Positions 1 through 15,100 of a DNA stretch of 64,000 nt are shown in pieces; within the stretch, counting starts at the first letter, position 1; each line of letters begins with the position of its first letter. The stretch is from Isurus oxyrinchus (lineage: Eukaryota), in contig JANJGN010000012.1 in assembly GCA_026770705.1 (NCBI GenBank), positions 29,822,001-29,886,000 of the forward strand. Reading direction: 5' to 3'. Below the pieces are notes generated by a model. It saw only the letters and a list, made by a program, of their open reading frames with translations, had not been told where the DNA came from and did not search any database. A program made the position numbers and the translations under genes.

Positions 1-152
1 TTCAACTGCAAATGCTCAGACATCCACAGCAGCAGAAACCTCAACATCAACTTCTGTTTCATCAAGTGCAACAGCACAAACTACAGTGAGGTCCACTAAA
101 ACATCAATAACTGAAACAACAACAGCAACTACTCTAGTCCCATCAAAAAGTG
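1..152 (+). CDS. Partial B-family exon (cut by the window edge)
   Basis: Encodes ..STANAQTSTAAETST..LVPSKS, ending AGTG|GTGAGT at 152/153. Confidence 0.8.
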
Positions 153-3100
153 GTGAGTATACGAAAGTACACTTTGCAGATATTACATTCTCAGTCCAGG
201 CAAAATGCAGGAAGGTAGAAACACATAAAGAAATATGAGAAATGATTCTACTGGTGTGTTGTTGGCTAGCATGATGCATTGGACTATCATGCGCTCATGA
301 CTTTTGGTGAAATACCCTCAGTTAAAAACGAGGCTATGTTAGGTAACTCAGGATCTTCCATTATTTATCAGTTTTACCAAATCATAGAGCATAACCTATG
401 TACATAATCATGTGAAAATGACATTGTTTTGATTAATTCTTTGCATCATGGCCATTTGTTACTTGCTTTGCATATCTGACGAAGAAGGCAACTTTTCAGG
501 TTATAACATAATGATGTTGTTCCAGGCATTATGTATACCCCATTCAGTCTATCTTCAATTTCTATAATAGCAGCAACAGAAATTTCAATTGCAAGTACAC
601 AGACATCCACTACATCAGAAGCCACCACATCAGCTCCTGCATCAAGCAGTACGATAGCGATGACAACTGTTGGGAACTTTACAGATGCATCGACCACTGC
701 GGTAACATCCATCACAACATCACTCCCTTCAACAAGTCGTGAGTACATGAGTCCTGTCTTATCACTTTGACCATCACTAATCCTTCCAGCCCACTCCGAG
801 GTATAACAGATTAAACTGGTGAGAGATCAACTGATTATACCAAGGTGCTGGCTACAATTGCCCCAAGTAGAGTTATGCGCAGATTAGATTTGCTCAGTAC
901 TGTTGTTTCAACATGGCAAGATATGTGACTAATTTTCATGAGCTGGGACTTCTCAGAAGTCGATTCTTTGGGCCTGAATTTTAGAATGTTGTTCCATGCT
1001 TTTTGAGTGCTCCCTTAAGCCGATCACCTCTTTTAATAACAGCAGCAACAGAAACTTCAACTGCAAATGCACAGACATCCACAGCAGCAGAAACCTCAAC
1101 ATCAGCTTCTGTTTCATCAAGTGCAACAGCACAAACTACAGTGAGCTCCACTAAAACATCAATAACTGAAACAACAACAGCAACTACTCTAGTCCCATCA
1201 AAAGTCGTGACTATACGAAAGAACACTTTGCAGATATTACATTCTCAGTCCAGGCAAAATGCAGGAAGGTAGAAACACATAAAGAAATGTGAGAAATGAT
1301 TCTACTAGTGTGTTGTTGGTTAGCATGATGCATTGAACTATCATGCGCTCATGACTTTTGGTGAAATACCCTCAGTGAAAAATCAGGCTACGTTAGGTTC
1401 CTCAGGATCTTCCATTATCGGCTTTACCAAATCATAGAGCATAACCTTTGTACAGAAGCTTTGATGTACTCTCCACGCTCACTGCTTACCTCAATAAAAC
1501 ATTGCCTGTTTGAATGTTGGCAGCAGAAATATCGTATTCAAGTACACAGACATCCACGGCAGCACTGACCTCTACGTCTGCTCCTCCCTCAACAAGTGGA
1601 ACAGCATCAACATCCACCGAAGGCTCTACTGAAGGGTCAACAACTGAAGAATCGACAATCACTACGTCACTCCCAACAACAAGAGGTAAGAAAACAAAAG
1701 CAGTCTTTGCAACCATACCATTATGAATTCATTCAAACAGCTGGATGATAGAATTACTTACACAAAAGCTATTGAAACATTACAGGAGTATGTTGTTGTT
1801 ACACTTTCCCACAGTTAACGTTATGTCAAACTCACTTGGTACACTAACGCTGCCACAATTCCCGGCCACATTATCTTTATTAGTGTGTATGAGTAAATGC
1901 GAGTTCCAACAAAAAGTGGGGCACAACTGTTGTTCAAAAACTATCATATATTGTTTCAACTTTGTCATTCCCCTCAATAATAATATATCCCTTCCTCAAT
2001 CACAGTGGCAGAAGTATCAACAAATACACCGACGTCCACATTAGCACCGACTTCTACACCAGCTTCTGCCACAACAAGTACAATAGCACGAACATCTACA
2101 GCAAGCTCGACAGAAGCATCGACATCTGAGGCAACGACAGTTACAACCTCACTCCCTTCATCAAGTGGTGAGTAGCTGAGTGCTCTCTGCTCAGTTCTAA
2201 CATTCAGATTTCGTTCACATACTGAATGTTGAGAAACAGACAATAGACTTGGAAGAATAGAATATAGCATGAAGTCGGCTATGAATGTGCACAGGACAAT
2301 CACGTGAAAATGACATTGTTTTGATTAATTCTTTGCATCATGGCTATTTGTTACTTGCTTTGCATATCTGACGAAGAAGGCAACTTTTCAGCTATAACAT
2401 AATGATGTTGTTCCAGGCATTATATATAACCCATTCAGTCTATCTTCAATTTCCATAATAGCAGCAACAGAAATTTCAATTGCAAGTACACAGACATCCA
2501 CTACATCAGAAGCCACCACATCAGCTCCTGCGTCAAGCAGTACGATAGCGATGACAACTGCCGGGAACACTACAAATGCATCGACCACTGCAGTAACATC
2601 AATCACAACATCACTCCCTTCAACAAGTGGTGAGTACATGAGTCCTGTCTTATCACTTTGACCATCACTAATCCTTCCAGCCCACTCCGAGGTATAACAG
2701 ACTAAACTGGTGAGAGATCAACTGATTATACCAAGGTGCTGGCTACAATTGCCCCAAGTAGAATAATGCGCAGATGAGATTTGCTCAGTAATGTTTCAAC
2801 ATGGCAAGATATGTGACTAATTTTCATGAGCTGGGCCTTCTCAGAAGTCGATTCTTTGGGCCTGAATTTTAGAATGTTGTTCCATGCTTTTTGAGTGCTC
2901 CCCTGAGCCTATCACCTCTTTTAATAACAGCAGCAACAGAAACTTCAACTGCAAATGCTCAGACATCCACAGCAGCAGAAACCTCAACATCAACTTCTGT
3001 TTCATCAAGTGCAACAGCACAAACTACAGTGAGGTCCACTAAAACATCAATAACTGAAACAACAACAGCAACTACTCTAGTCCCATCAAAAAGTGGTGAG

Positions 3101-6100
3101 TATACGAAAGTACACTTTGCAGATATTACATTCTCAGTCCAGGCAAAATGCAGGAAGGTAGAAACACATAAAGAAATATGAGAAATGATTCTACTGGTGT
3201 GTTGTTGGCTAGCATGATGCATTGGACTATCATGCGCTCATGACTTTTGGTGAAATACCCTCAGTTAAAAACGAGGCTATGTTAGGTAACTCAGGATCTT
3301 CCATTATTTATCAGTTTTACCAAATCATAGAGCATAACCTATGTACATAATCATGTGAAAATGACATTGTTTTGATTAATTCTTTGCATCATGGCCATTT
3401 GTTACTTGCTTTGCATATCTGACGAAGAAGGCAACTTTTCAGGTTATAACATAATGATGTTGTTCCAGGCATTATGTATACCCCATTCAGTCTATCTTCA
3501 ATTTCTATAATAGCAGCAACAGAAATTTCAATTGCAAGTACACAGACATCCACTACATCAGAAGCCACCACATCAGCTCCTGCATCAAGCAGTACGATAG
3601 CGATGACAACTGTTGGGAACTTTACAGATGCATCGACCACTGCGGTAACATCCATCACAACATCACTCCCTTCAACAAGTCGTGAGTACATGAGTCCTGT
3701 CTTATCACTTTGACCATCACTAATCCTTCCAGCCCACTCCGAGGTATAACAGATTAAACTGGTGAGAGATCAACTGATTATACCAAGGTGCTGGCTACAA
3801 TTGCCCCAAGTAGAGTTATGCGCAGATTAGATTTGCTCAGTACTGTTGTTTCAACATGGCAAGATATGTGACTAATTTTCATGAGCTGGGACTTCTCAGA
3901 AGTCGATTCTTTGGGCCTGAATTTTAGAATGTTGTTCCATGCTTTTTGAGTGCTCCCTTAAGCCGATCACCTCTTTTAATAACAGCAGCAACAGAAACTT
4001 CAACTGCAAATGCACAGACATCCACAGCAGCAGAAACCTCAACATCAGCTTCTGTTTCATCAAGTGCAACAGCACAAACTACAGTGAGCTCCACTAAAAC
4101 ATCAATAACTGAAACAACAACAGCAACTACTCTAGTCCCATCAAAAGTCGTGACTATACGAAAGAACACTTTGCAGATATTACATTCTCAGTCCAGGCAA
4201 AATGCAGGAAGGTAGAAACACATAAAGAAATGTGAGAAATGATTCTACTAGTGTGTTGTTGGTTAGCATGATGCATTGAACTATCATGCGCTCATGACTT
4301 TTGGTGAAATACCCTCAGTGAAAAATCAGGCTACGTTAGGTTCCTCAGGATCTTCCATTATCGGCTTTACCAAATCATAGAGCATAACCTTTGTACAGAA
4401 GCTTTGATGTACTCTCCACGCTCACTGCTTACCTCAATAAAACATTGCCTGTTTGAATGTTGGCAGCAGAAATATCGTATTCAAGTACACAGACATCCAC
4501 GGCAGCACTGACCTCTACGTCTGCTCCTCCCTCAACAAGTGGAACAGCATCAACATCCACCGAAGGCTCTACTGAAGGGTCAACAACTGAAGAATCGACA
4601 ATCACTACGTCACTCCCAACAACAAGAGGTAAGAAAACAAAAGCAGTCTTTGCAACCATACCATTATGAATTCATTCAAACAGCTGGATGATAGAATTAC
4701 TTACACAAAAGCTATTGAAACATTACAGGAGTATGTTGTTGTTACACTTTCCCACAGTTAACGTTATGTCAAACTCACTTGGTACACTAACGCTGCCACA
4801 ATTCCCGGCCACATTATCTTTATTAGTGTGTATGAGTAAATGCGAGTTCCAACAAAAAGTGGGGCACAACTGTTGTTCAAAAACTATCATATATTGTTTC
4901 AACTTTGTCATTCCCCTCAATAATAATATATCCCTTCCTCAATCACAGTGGCAGAAGTATCAACAAATACACCGACGTCCACATTAGCACCGACTTCTAC
5001 ACCAGCTTCTGCCACAACAAGTACAATAGCACGAACATCTACAGCAAGCTCGACAGAAGCATCGACATCTGAGGCAACGACAGTTACAACCTCACTCCCT
5101 TCATCAAGTGGTGAGTAGCTGAGTGCTCTCTGCTCAGTTCTAACATTCAGATTTCGTTCACATACTGAATGTTGAGAAACAGACAATAGACTTGGAAGAA
5201 TAGAATATAGCATGAAGTCGGCTATGAATGTGCACAGGACAATCACGTGAAAATGACATTGTTTTGATTAATTCTTTGCATCATGGCTATTTGTTACTTG
5301 CTTTGCATATCTGACGAAGAAGGCAACTTTTCAGCTATAACATAATGATGTTGTTCCAGGCATTATATATAACCCATTCAGTCTATCTTCAATTTCCATA
5401 ATAGCAGCAACAGAAATTTCAATTGCAAGTACACAGACATCCACTACATCAGAAGCCACCACATCAGCTCCTGCGTCAAGCAGTACAATAGCGATGACAA
5501 CTGCCGGGAACACTACAAATGCATCGACCACTGCAGTAACATCAATCACAACATCACTCCCTTCAACAAGTGGTGAGTACATGAGTCCTGTCTTATCACT
5601 TTGACCATCACTAATCCTTCCAGCCCACTCCGAGGTATAACAGACTAAACTGGTGAGAGATCAACTGATTATACCAAGGTGCTGGCTACAATTGCCCCAA
5701 GTAGAATAATGCGCAGATGAGATTTGCTCAGTAATGTTTCAACATGGCAAGATATGTGACTAATTTTCATGAGCTGGGCCTTCTCAGAAGTCGATTCTTT
5801 GGGCCTGAATTTTAGAATGTTGTTCCATGCTTTTTGAGTGCTCCCCTGAGCCTATCACCTCTTTTAATAACAGCAGCAACAGAAACTTCAACTGCAAATG
5901 CTCAGACATCCACAGCAGCAGAAACCTCAACATCAACTTCTGTTTCATCAAGTGCAACAGCACAAACTACAGTGAGGTCCACTAAAACATCAATAACTGA
6001 AACAACAACAGCAACTACTCTAGTCCCATCAAAAAGTGGTGAGTATACGAAAGTACACTTTGCAGATATTACATTCTCAGTCCAGGCAAAATGCAGGAAG

Positions 6101-9100
6101 GTAGAAACACATAAAGAAATATGAGAAATGATTCTACTGGTGTGTTGTTGGCTAGCATGATGCATTGGACTATCATGCGCTCATGACTTTTGGTGAAATA
6201 CCCTCAGTTAAAAACGAGGCTATGTTAGGTAACTCAGGATCTTCCATTATTTATCAGTTTTACCAAATCATAGAGCATAACCTATGTACATAATCATGTG
6301 AAAATGACATTGTTTTGATTAATTCTTTGCATCATGGCCATTTGTTACTTGCTTTGCATATCTGACGAAGAAGGCAACTTTTCAGGTTATAACATAATGA
6401 TGTTGTTCCAGGCATTATGTATACCCCATTCAGTCTATCTTCAATTTCTATAATAGCAGCAACAGAAATTTCAATTGCAAGTACACAGACATCCACTACA
6501 TCAGAAGCCACCACATCAGCTCCTGCATCAAGCAGTACGATAGCGATGACAACTGTTGGGAACTTTACAGATGCATCGACCACTGCGGTAACATCCATCA
6601 CAACATCACTCCCTTCAACAAGTCGTGAGTACATGAGTCCTGTCTTATCACTTTGACCATCACTAATCCTTCCAGCCCACTCCGAGGTATAACAGATTAA
6701 ACTGGTGAGAGATCAACTGATTATACCAAGGTGCTGGCTACAATTGCCCCAAGTAGAGTTATGCGCAGATTAGATTTGCTCAGTACTGTTGTTTCAACAT
6801 GGCAAGATATGTGACTAATTTTCATGAGCTGGGACTTCTCAGAAGTCGATTCTTTGGGCCTGAATTTTAGAATGTTGTTCCATGCTTTTTGAGTGCTCCC
6901 TTAAGCCGATCACCTCTTTTAATAACAGCAGCAACAGAAACTTCAACTGCAAATGCACAGACATCCACAGCAGCAGAAACCTCAACATCAGCTTCTGTTT
7001 CATCAAGTGCAACAGCACAAACTACAGTGAGCTCCACTAAAACATCAATAACTGAAACAACAACAGCAACTACTCTAGTCCCATCAAAAGTCGTGACTAT
7101 ACGAAAGAACACTTTGCAGATATTACATTCTCAGTCCAGGCAAAATGCAGGAAGGTAGAAACACATAAAGAAATGTGAGAAATGATTCTACTAGTGTGTT
7201 GTTGGTTAGCATGATGCATTGAACTATCATGCGCTCATGACTTTTGGTGAAATACCCTCAGTGAAAAATCAGGCTACGTTAGGTTCCTCAGGATCTTCCA
7301 TTATCGGCTTTACCAAATCATAGAGCATAACCTTTGTACAGAAGCTTTGATGTACTCTCCACGCTCACTGCTTACCTCAATAAAACATTGCCTGTTTGAA
7401 TGTTGGCAGCAGAAATATCGTATTCAAGTACACAGACATCCACGGCAGCACTGACCTCTACGTCTGCTCCTCCCTCAACAAGTGGAACAGCATCAACATC
7501 CACCAAAGGCTCTACTGAAGGGTCAACAACTGAAGAATCGACAATCACTACGTCACTCCCAACAACAAGAGGTAAGAAAACAAAAGCAGTCTTTGCAACC
7601 ATACCATTATGAATTCATTCAAACAGCTGGATGATAGAATTACTTACACAAAAGCTATTGAAACATTACAGGAGTATGTTGTTGTTACACTTTCCCACAG
7701 TTAACGTTATGTCAAACTCACTTGGTACACTAACGCTGCCACAATTCCCGGCCACATTATCTTTATTAGTGTGTATGAGTAAATGCGAGTTCCAACAAAA
7801 AGTGGGGCACAACTGTTGTTCAAAAACTATCATATATTGTTTCAACTTTGTCATTCCCCTCAATAATAATATATCCCTTCCTCAATCACAGTGGCAGAAG
7901 TATCAACAAATACACCGACGTCCACATTAGCACCGACTTCTACACCAGCTTCTGCCACAACAAGTACAATAGCACGAACATCTACAGCAAGCTCGACAGA
8001 AGCATCGACATCTGAGGCAACGACAGTTACAACCTCACTCCCTTCATCAAGTGGTGAGTAGCTGAGTGCTCTCTGCTCAGTTCTAACATTCAGATTTCGT
8101 TCACATACTGAATGTTGAGAAACAGACAATAGACTTGGAAGAATAGAATATAGCATGAAGTCGGCTATGAATGTGCACAGGACAATCACGTGAAAATGAC
8201 ATTGTTTTGATTAATTCTTTGCATCATGGCTATTTGTTACTTGCTTTGCATATCTGACGAAGAAGGCAACTTTTCAGCTATAACATAATGATGTTGTTCC
8301 AGGCATTATATATAACCCATTCAGTCTATCTTCAATTTCCATAATAGCAGCAACAGAAATTTCAATTGCAAGTACACAGACATCCACTACATCAGAAGCC
8401 ACCACATCAGCTCCTGCGTCAAGCAGTACGATAGCGATGACAACTGCCGGGAACACTACAAATGCATCGACCACTGCAGTAACATCAATCACAACATCAC
8501 TCCCTTCAACAAGTGGTGAGTACATGAGTCCTGTCTTATCACTTTGACCATCACTAATCCTTCCAGCCCACTCCGAGGTATAACAGACTAAACTGGTGAG
8601 AGATCAACTGATTATACCAAGGTGCTGGCTACAATTGCCCCAAGTAGAATAATGCGCAGATGAGATTTGCTCAGTAATGTTTCAACATGGCAAGATATGT
8701 GACTAATTTTCATGAGCTGGGCCTTCTCAGAAGTCGATTCTTTGGGCCTGAATTTTAGAATGTTGTTCCATGCTTTTTGAGTGCTCCCCTGAGCCTATCA
8801 CCTCTTTTAATAACAGCAGCAACAGAAACTTCAACTGCAAATGCTCAGACATCCACAGCAGCAGAAACCTCAACATCAACTTCTGTTTCATCAAGTGCAA
8901 CAGCACAAACTACAGTGAGGTCCACTAAAACATCAATAACTGAAACAACAACAGCAACTACTCTAGTCCCATCAAAAAGTGGTGAGTATACGAAAGTACA
9001 CTTTGCAGATATTACATTCTCAGTCCAGGCAAAATGCAGGAAGGTAGAAACACATAAAGAAATATGAGAAATGATTCTACTGGTGTGTTGTTGGCTAGCA

Positions 9101-12100
9101 TGATGCATTGGACTATCATGCGCTCATGACTTTTGGTGAAATACCCTCAGTTAAAAACGAGGCTATGTTAGGTAACTCAGGATCTTCCATTATTTATCAG
9201 TTTTACCAAATCATAGAGCATAACCTATGTACATAATCATGTGAAAATGACATTGTTTTGATTAATTCTTTGCATCATGGCCATTTGTTACTTGCTTTGC
9301 ATATCTGACGAAGAAGGCAACTTTTCAGGTTATAACATAATGATGTTGTTCCAGGCATTATGTATACCCCATTCAGTCTATCTTCAATTTCTATAATAGC
9401 AGCAACAGAAATTTCAATTGCAAGTACACAGACATCCACTACATCAGAAGCCACCACATCAGCTCCTGCATCAAGCAGTACGATAGCGATGACAACTGTT
9501 GGGAACTTTACAGATGCATCGACCACTGCGGTAACATCCATCACAACATCACTCCCTTCAACAAGTCGTGAGTACATGAGTCCTGTCTTATCACTTTGAC
9601 CATCACTAATCCTTCCAGCCCACTCCGAGGTATAACAGATTAAACTGGTGAGAGATCAACTGATTATACCAAGGTGCTGGCTACAATTGCCCCAAGTAGA
9701 GTTATGCGCAGATTAGATTTGCTCAGTACTGTTGTTTCAACATGGCAAGATATGTGACTAATTTTCATGAGCTGGGACTTCTCAGAAGTCGATTCTTTGG
9801 GCCTGAATTTTAGAATGTTGTTCCATGCTTTTTGAGTGCTCCCTTAAGCCGATCACCTCTTTTAATAACAGCAGCAACAGAAACTTCAACTGCAAATGCA
9901 CAGACATCCACAGCAGCAGAAACCTCAACATCAGCTTCTGTTTCATCAAGTGCAACAGCACAAACTACAGTGAGCTCCACTAAAACATCAATAACTGAAA
10001 CAACAACAGCAACTACTCTAGTCCCATCAAAAGTCGTGACTATACGAAAGAACACTTTGCAGATATTACATTCTCAGTCCAGGCAAAATGCAGGAAGGTA
10101 GAAACACATAAAGAAATGTGAGAAATGATTCTACTAGTGTGTTGTTGGTTAGCATGATGCATTGAACTATCATGCGCTCATGACTTTTGGTGAAATACCC
10201 TCAGTGAAAAATCAGGCTACGTTAGGTTCCTCAGGATCTTCCATTATCGGCTTTACCAAATCATAGAGCATAACCTTTGTACAGAAGCTTTGATGTACTC
10301 TCCACGCTCACTGCTTACCTCAATAAAACATTGCCTGTTTGAATGTTGGCAGCAGAAATATCGTATTCAAGTACACAGACATCCACGGCAGCACTGACCT
10401 CTACGTCTGCTCCTCCCTCAACAAGTGGAACAGCATCAACATCCACCGAAGGCTCTACTGAAGGGTCAACAACTGAAGAATCGACAATCACTACGTCACT
10501 CCCAACAACAAGAGGTAAGAAAACAAAAGCAGTCTTTGCAACCATACCATTATGAATTCATTCAAACAGCTGGATGATAGAATTACTTACACAAAAGCTA
10601 TTGAAACATTACAGGAGTATGTTGTTGTTACACTTTCCCACAGTTAACGTTATGTCAAACTCACTTGGTACACTAACGCTGCCACAATTCCCGGCCACAT
10701 TATCTTTATTAGTGTGTATGAGTAAATGCGAGTTCCAACAAAAAGTGGGGCACAACTGTTGTTCAAAAACTATCATATATTGTTTCAACTTTGTCATTCC
10801 CCTCAATAATAATATATCCCTTCCTCAATCACAGTGGCAGAAGTATCAACAAATACACCGACGTCCACATTAGCACCGACTTCTACACCAGCTTCTGCCA
10901 CAACAAGTACAATAGCACGAACATCTACAGCAAGCTCGACAGAAGCATCGACATCTGAGGCAACGACAGTTACAACCTCACTCCCTTCATCAAGTGGTGA
11001 GTAGCTGAGTGCTCTCTGCTCAGTTCTAACATTCAGATTTCGTTCACATACTGAATGTTGAGAAACAGACAATAGACTTGGAAGAATAGAATATAGCATG
11101 AAGTCGGCTATGAATGTGCACAGGACAATCACGTGAAAATGACATTGTTTTGATTAATTCTTTGCATCATGGCTATTTGTTACTTGCTTTGCATATCTGA
11201 CGAAGAAGGCAACTTTTCAGCTATAACATAATGATGTTGTTCCAGGCATTATATATAACCCATTCAGTCTATCTTCAATTTCCATAATAGCAGCAACAGA
11301 AATTTCAATTGCAAGTACACAGACATCCACTACATCAGAAGCCACCACATCAGCTCCTGCGTCAAGCAGTACGATAGCGATGACAACTGCCGGGAACACT
11401 ACAAATGCATCGACCACTGCAGTAACATCAATCACAACATCACTCCCTTCAACAAGTGGTGAGTACATGAGTCCTGTCTTATCACTTTGACCATCACTAA
11501 TCCTTCCAGCCCACTCCGAGGTATAACAGACTAAACTGGTGAGAGATCAACTGATTATACCAAGGTGCTGGCTACAATTGCCCCAAGTAGAATAATGCGC
11601 AGATGAGATTTGCTCAGTAATGTTTCAACATGGCAAGATATGTGACTAATTTTCATGAGCTGGGCCTTCTCAGAAGTCGATTCTTTGGGCCTGAATTTTA
11701 GAATGTTGTTCCATGCTTTTTGAGTGCTCCCCTGAGCCTATCACCTCTTTTAATAACAGCAGCAACAGAAACTTCAACTGCAAATGCTCAGACATCCACA
11801 GCAGCAGAAACCTCAACATCAACTTCTGTTTCATCAAGTGCAACAGCACAAACTACAGTGAGGTCCACTAAAACATCAATAATTGAAACAACAACAGCAA
11901 CTACTCTAGTCCCATCAAAAAGTGGTGAGTATACGAAAGTACACTTTGCAGATATTACATTCTCAGTCCAGGCAAAATGCAGGAAGGTAGAAACACATAA
12001 AGAAATATGAGAAATGATTCTACTAGTGTGTTGTTGGCTAGCATGATGCATTGGACTATCATGCGCTCATGACTTTTGGTGAAATACCCTCAGTTAAAAA

Positions 12101-15100
12101 CGAGGCTATGTTAGGTAACTCAGGATCTTCCATTATTTATCAGTTTTACCAAATCATAGAGCATAACCTATGTACATAATCATGTGAAAATGACATTGTT
12201 TTGATTAATTCTTTGCATCATGGCCATTTGTTACTTGCTTTGCATATCTGACGAAGAAGGCAACTTTTCAGGTTATAACATAATGATGTTGTTCCAGGCA
12301 TTATGTATACCCCATTCAGTCTATCTTCAATTTCTATAATAGCAGCAACAGAAATTTCAATTGCAAGTACACAGACATCCACTACATCAGAAGCCACCAC
12401 ATCAGCTCCTGCATCAAGCAGTACGATAGCGATGACAACTGTTGGGAACTTTACAGATGCATCGACCACTGCGGTAACATCCATCACAACATCACTCCCT
12501 TCAACAAGTCGTGAGTACATGAGTCCTGTCTTATCACTTTGACCATCACTAATCCTTCCAGCCCACTCCGAGGTATAACAGATTAAACTGGTGAGAGATC
12601 AACTGATTATACCAAGGTGCTGGCTACAATTGCCCCAAGTAGAGTTATGCGCAGATTAGATTTGCTCAGTACTGTTGTTTCAACATGGCAAGATATGTGA
12701 CTAATTTTCATGGGCTGGGACTTCTCAGAAGTCGATTCTTTGGGCCTGAATTTTAGAATGTTGTTCCATGCTTTTTGAGTGCTCCCTTAAGCCGATCACC
12801 TCTTTTAATAACAGCAGCAACAGAAACTTCAACTGCAAATGCACAGACATCCACAGCAGCAGAAACCTCAACATCAGCTTCTGTTTCATCAAGTGCAACA
12901 GCACAAACTACAGTGAGCTCCACTAAAACATCAATAACTGAAACAACAACAGCAACTACTCTAGTCCCATCAAAAGTCGTGACTATACGAAAGAACACTT
13001 TGCAGATATTACATTCTCAGTCCAGGCAAAATGCAGGAAGGTAGAAACACATAAAGAAATGTGAGAAATGATTCTACTAGTGTGTTGTTGGTTAGCATGA
13101 TGCATTGAACTATCATGCGCTCATGACTTTTGGTGAAATACCCTCAGTGAAAAATCAGGCTACGTTAGGTTCCTCAGGATCTTCCATTATCGGCTTTACC
13201 AAATCATAGAGCATAACCTTTGTACAGAAGCTTTGATGTACTCTCCACGCTCACTGCTTACCTCAATAAAACATTGCCTGTTTGAATGTTGGCAGCAGAA
13301 ATATCGTATTCAAGTACACAGACATCCACGGCAGCACTGACCTCTACGTCTGCTCCTCCCTCAACAAGTGGAACAGCATCAACATCCACCGAAGGCTCTA
13401 CTGAAGGGTCAACAACTGAAGAATCGACAATCACTACGTCACTCCCAACAACAAGAGGTAAGAAAACAAAAGCAGTCTTTGCAACCATACCATTATGAAT
13501 TCATTCAAACAGCTGGATGATAGAATTACTTACACAAAAGCTATTGAAACATTACAGGAGTATGTTGTTGTTACACTTTCCCACAGTTAACGTTATGTCA
13601 AACTCACTTGGTACACTAACGCTGCCACAATTCCCGGCCACATTATCTTTATTAGTGTCTATGAGTAAATGCGAGTTCCAACAAAAAGTGGGGCACAACT
13701 GTTGTTCAAAAACTATCATATATTGTTTCAACTTTGTCATTCCCCTCAATAATAATATATCCCTTCCTCAATCACAGTGGCAGAAGTATCAACAAATACA
13801 CCGACGTCCACATTAGCACCGACTTCTACACCAGCTTCTGCCACAACAAGTACAATAGCACGAACATCTACAGCAAGCTCGACAGAAGCATCGACATCTG
13901 AGGCAACGACAGGTACAACCTCACTCCCTTCATCAAGTGGTGAGTAGCTGAGTGCTCTCTGCTCAGTTCTAACATTCAGATTTCGTTCACATACTGAATG
14001 TTGAGAAACAGACAATAGACTTGGAAGAATAGAATATAGCATGAAGTCGGCTATGAATGTGCACAGGACAATCACGTGAAAATGACATTGTTTTGATTAA
14101 TTCTTTGCATCATGGCTATTTGTTACTTGCTTTGCATATCTGACGAAGAAGGCAACTTTTCAGCTATAACATAATGATGTTGTTCCAGGCATTATATATA
14201 ACCCATTCAGTCTATCTTCAATTTCCATAATAGCAGCAACAGAAATTTCAATTGCAAGTACACAGACATCCACTACATCAGAAGCCACCACATCAGCTCC
14301 TGCGTCAAGCAGTACGATAGCGATGACAACTGCCGGGAACACTACAAATGCATCGACCACTGCAGTAACATCAATCACAACATCACTCCCTTCAACAAGT
14401 GGTGAGTACATGAGTCCTGTCTTATCACTTTGACCATCACTAATCCTTCCAGCCCACTCCGAGGTATAACAGACTAAACTGGTGAGAGATCAACTGATTA
14501 TACCAAGGTGCTGGCTACAATTGCCCCAAGTAGAATAACGCGCAGATGAGATTTGCTCAGTAATGTTTCAACATGGCAAGATATGTGACTAATTTTCATG
14601 AGCTGGGCCTTCTCAGAAGTCGATTCTTTGGGCCTGAATTTTAGAATGTTGTTCCATGCTTTTTGAGTGCTCCCCTGAGCCTATCACCTCTTTTAATAAC
14701 AGCAGCAACAGAAACTTCAACTGCAAATGCTCAGACATCCACAGCAGCAGAAACCTCAACATCAACTTCTGTTTCATCAAGTGCAACAGCACAAACTACA
14801 GTGAGGTCCACTAAAACATCAATAACTGAAACAACAACAGCAACTACTCTAGTCCCATCAAAAAGTGGTGAGTATACGAAAGTACACTTTGCAGATATTA
14901 CATTCTCAGTCCAGGCAAAATGCAGGAAGGTAGAAACACATAAAGAAATATGAGAAATGATTCTACTCGTGTGCTGTTGGCTAGCCTGATGCATTGGACT
15001 ATCATGCGCACATGACTTTTGGTGAAATACCCTCAGTTAAAAACGAGGCTATGTTAGGTTACTCAGGATCTTCCATTATATATCAGTTTTACCAAATCAT

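Noticed and set aside
476-500. CTGACGA-AGAAG-GCAA-CTTTT in each intron before A, resembling a hammerhead core plus stem II
   Set aside because: The required GAAA box and stem III/NUH site do not follow (the sequence continues CAGG or CAGC).
1481-1492. Consensus minus-strand donor GAG|GTAAGC in B-C introns
   Set aside because: No consistent minus-strand acceptor or exon partner was found, and the site is mutated in some edge copies.
1745-2044. Repeated ORFs such as MIELLTQKLL.. and MDYHALMTF.. (17940)
   Set aside because: They are intronic or out-of-frame exon sequence, recur only because the DNA is duplicated, and are broken in diverged copies.
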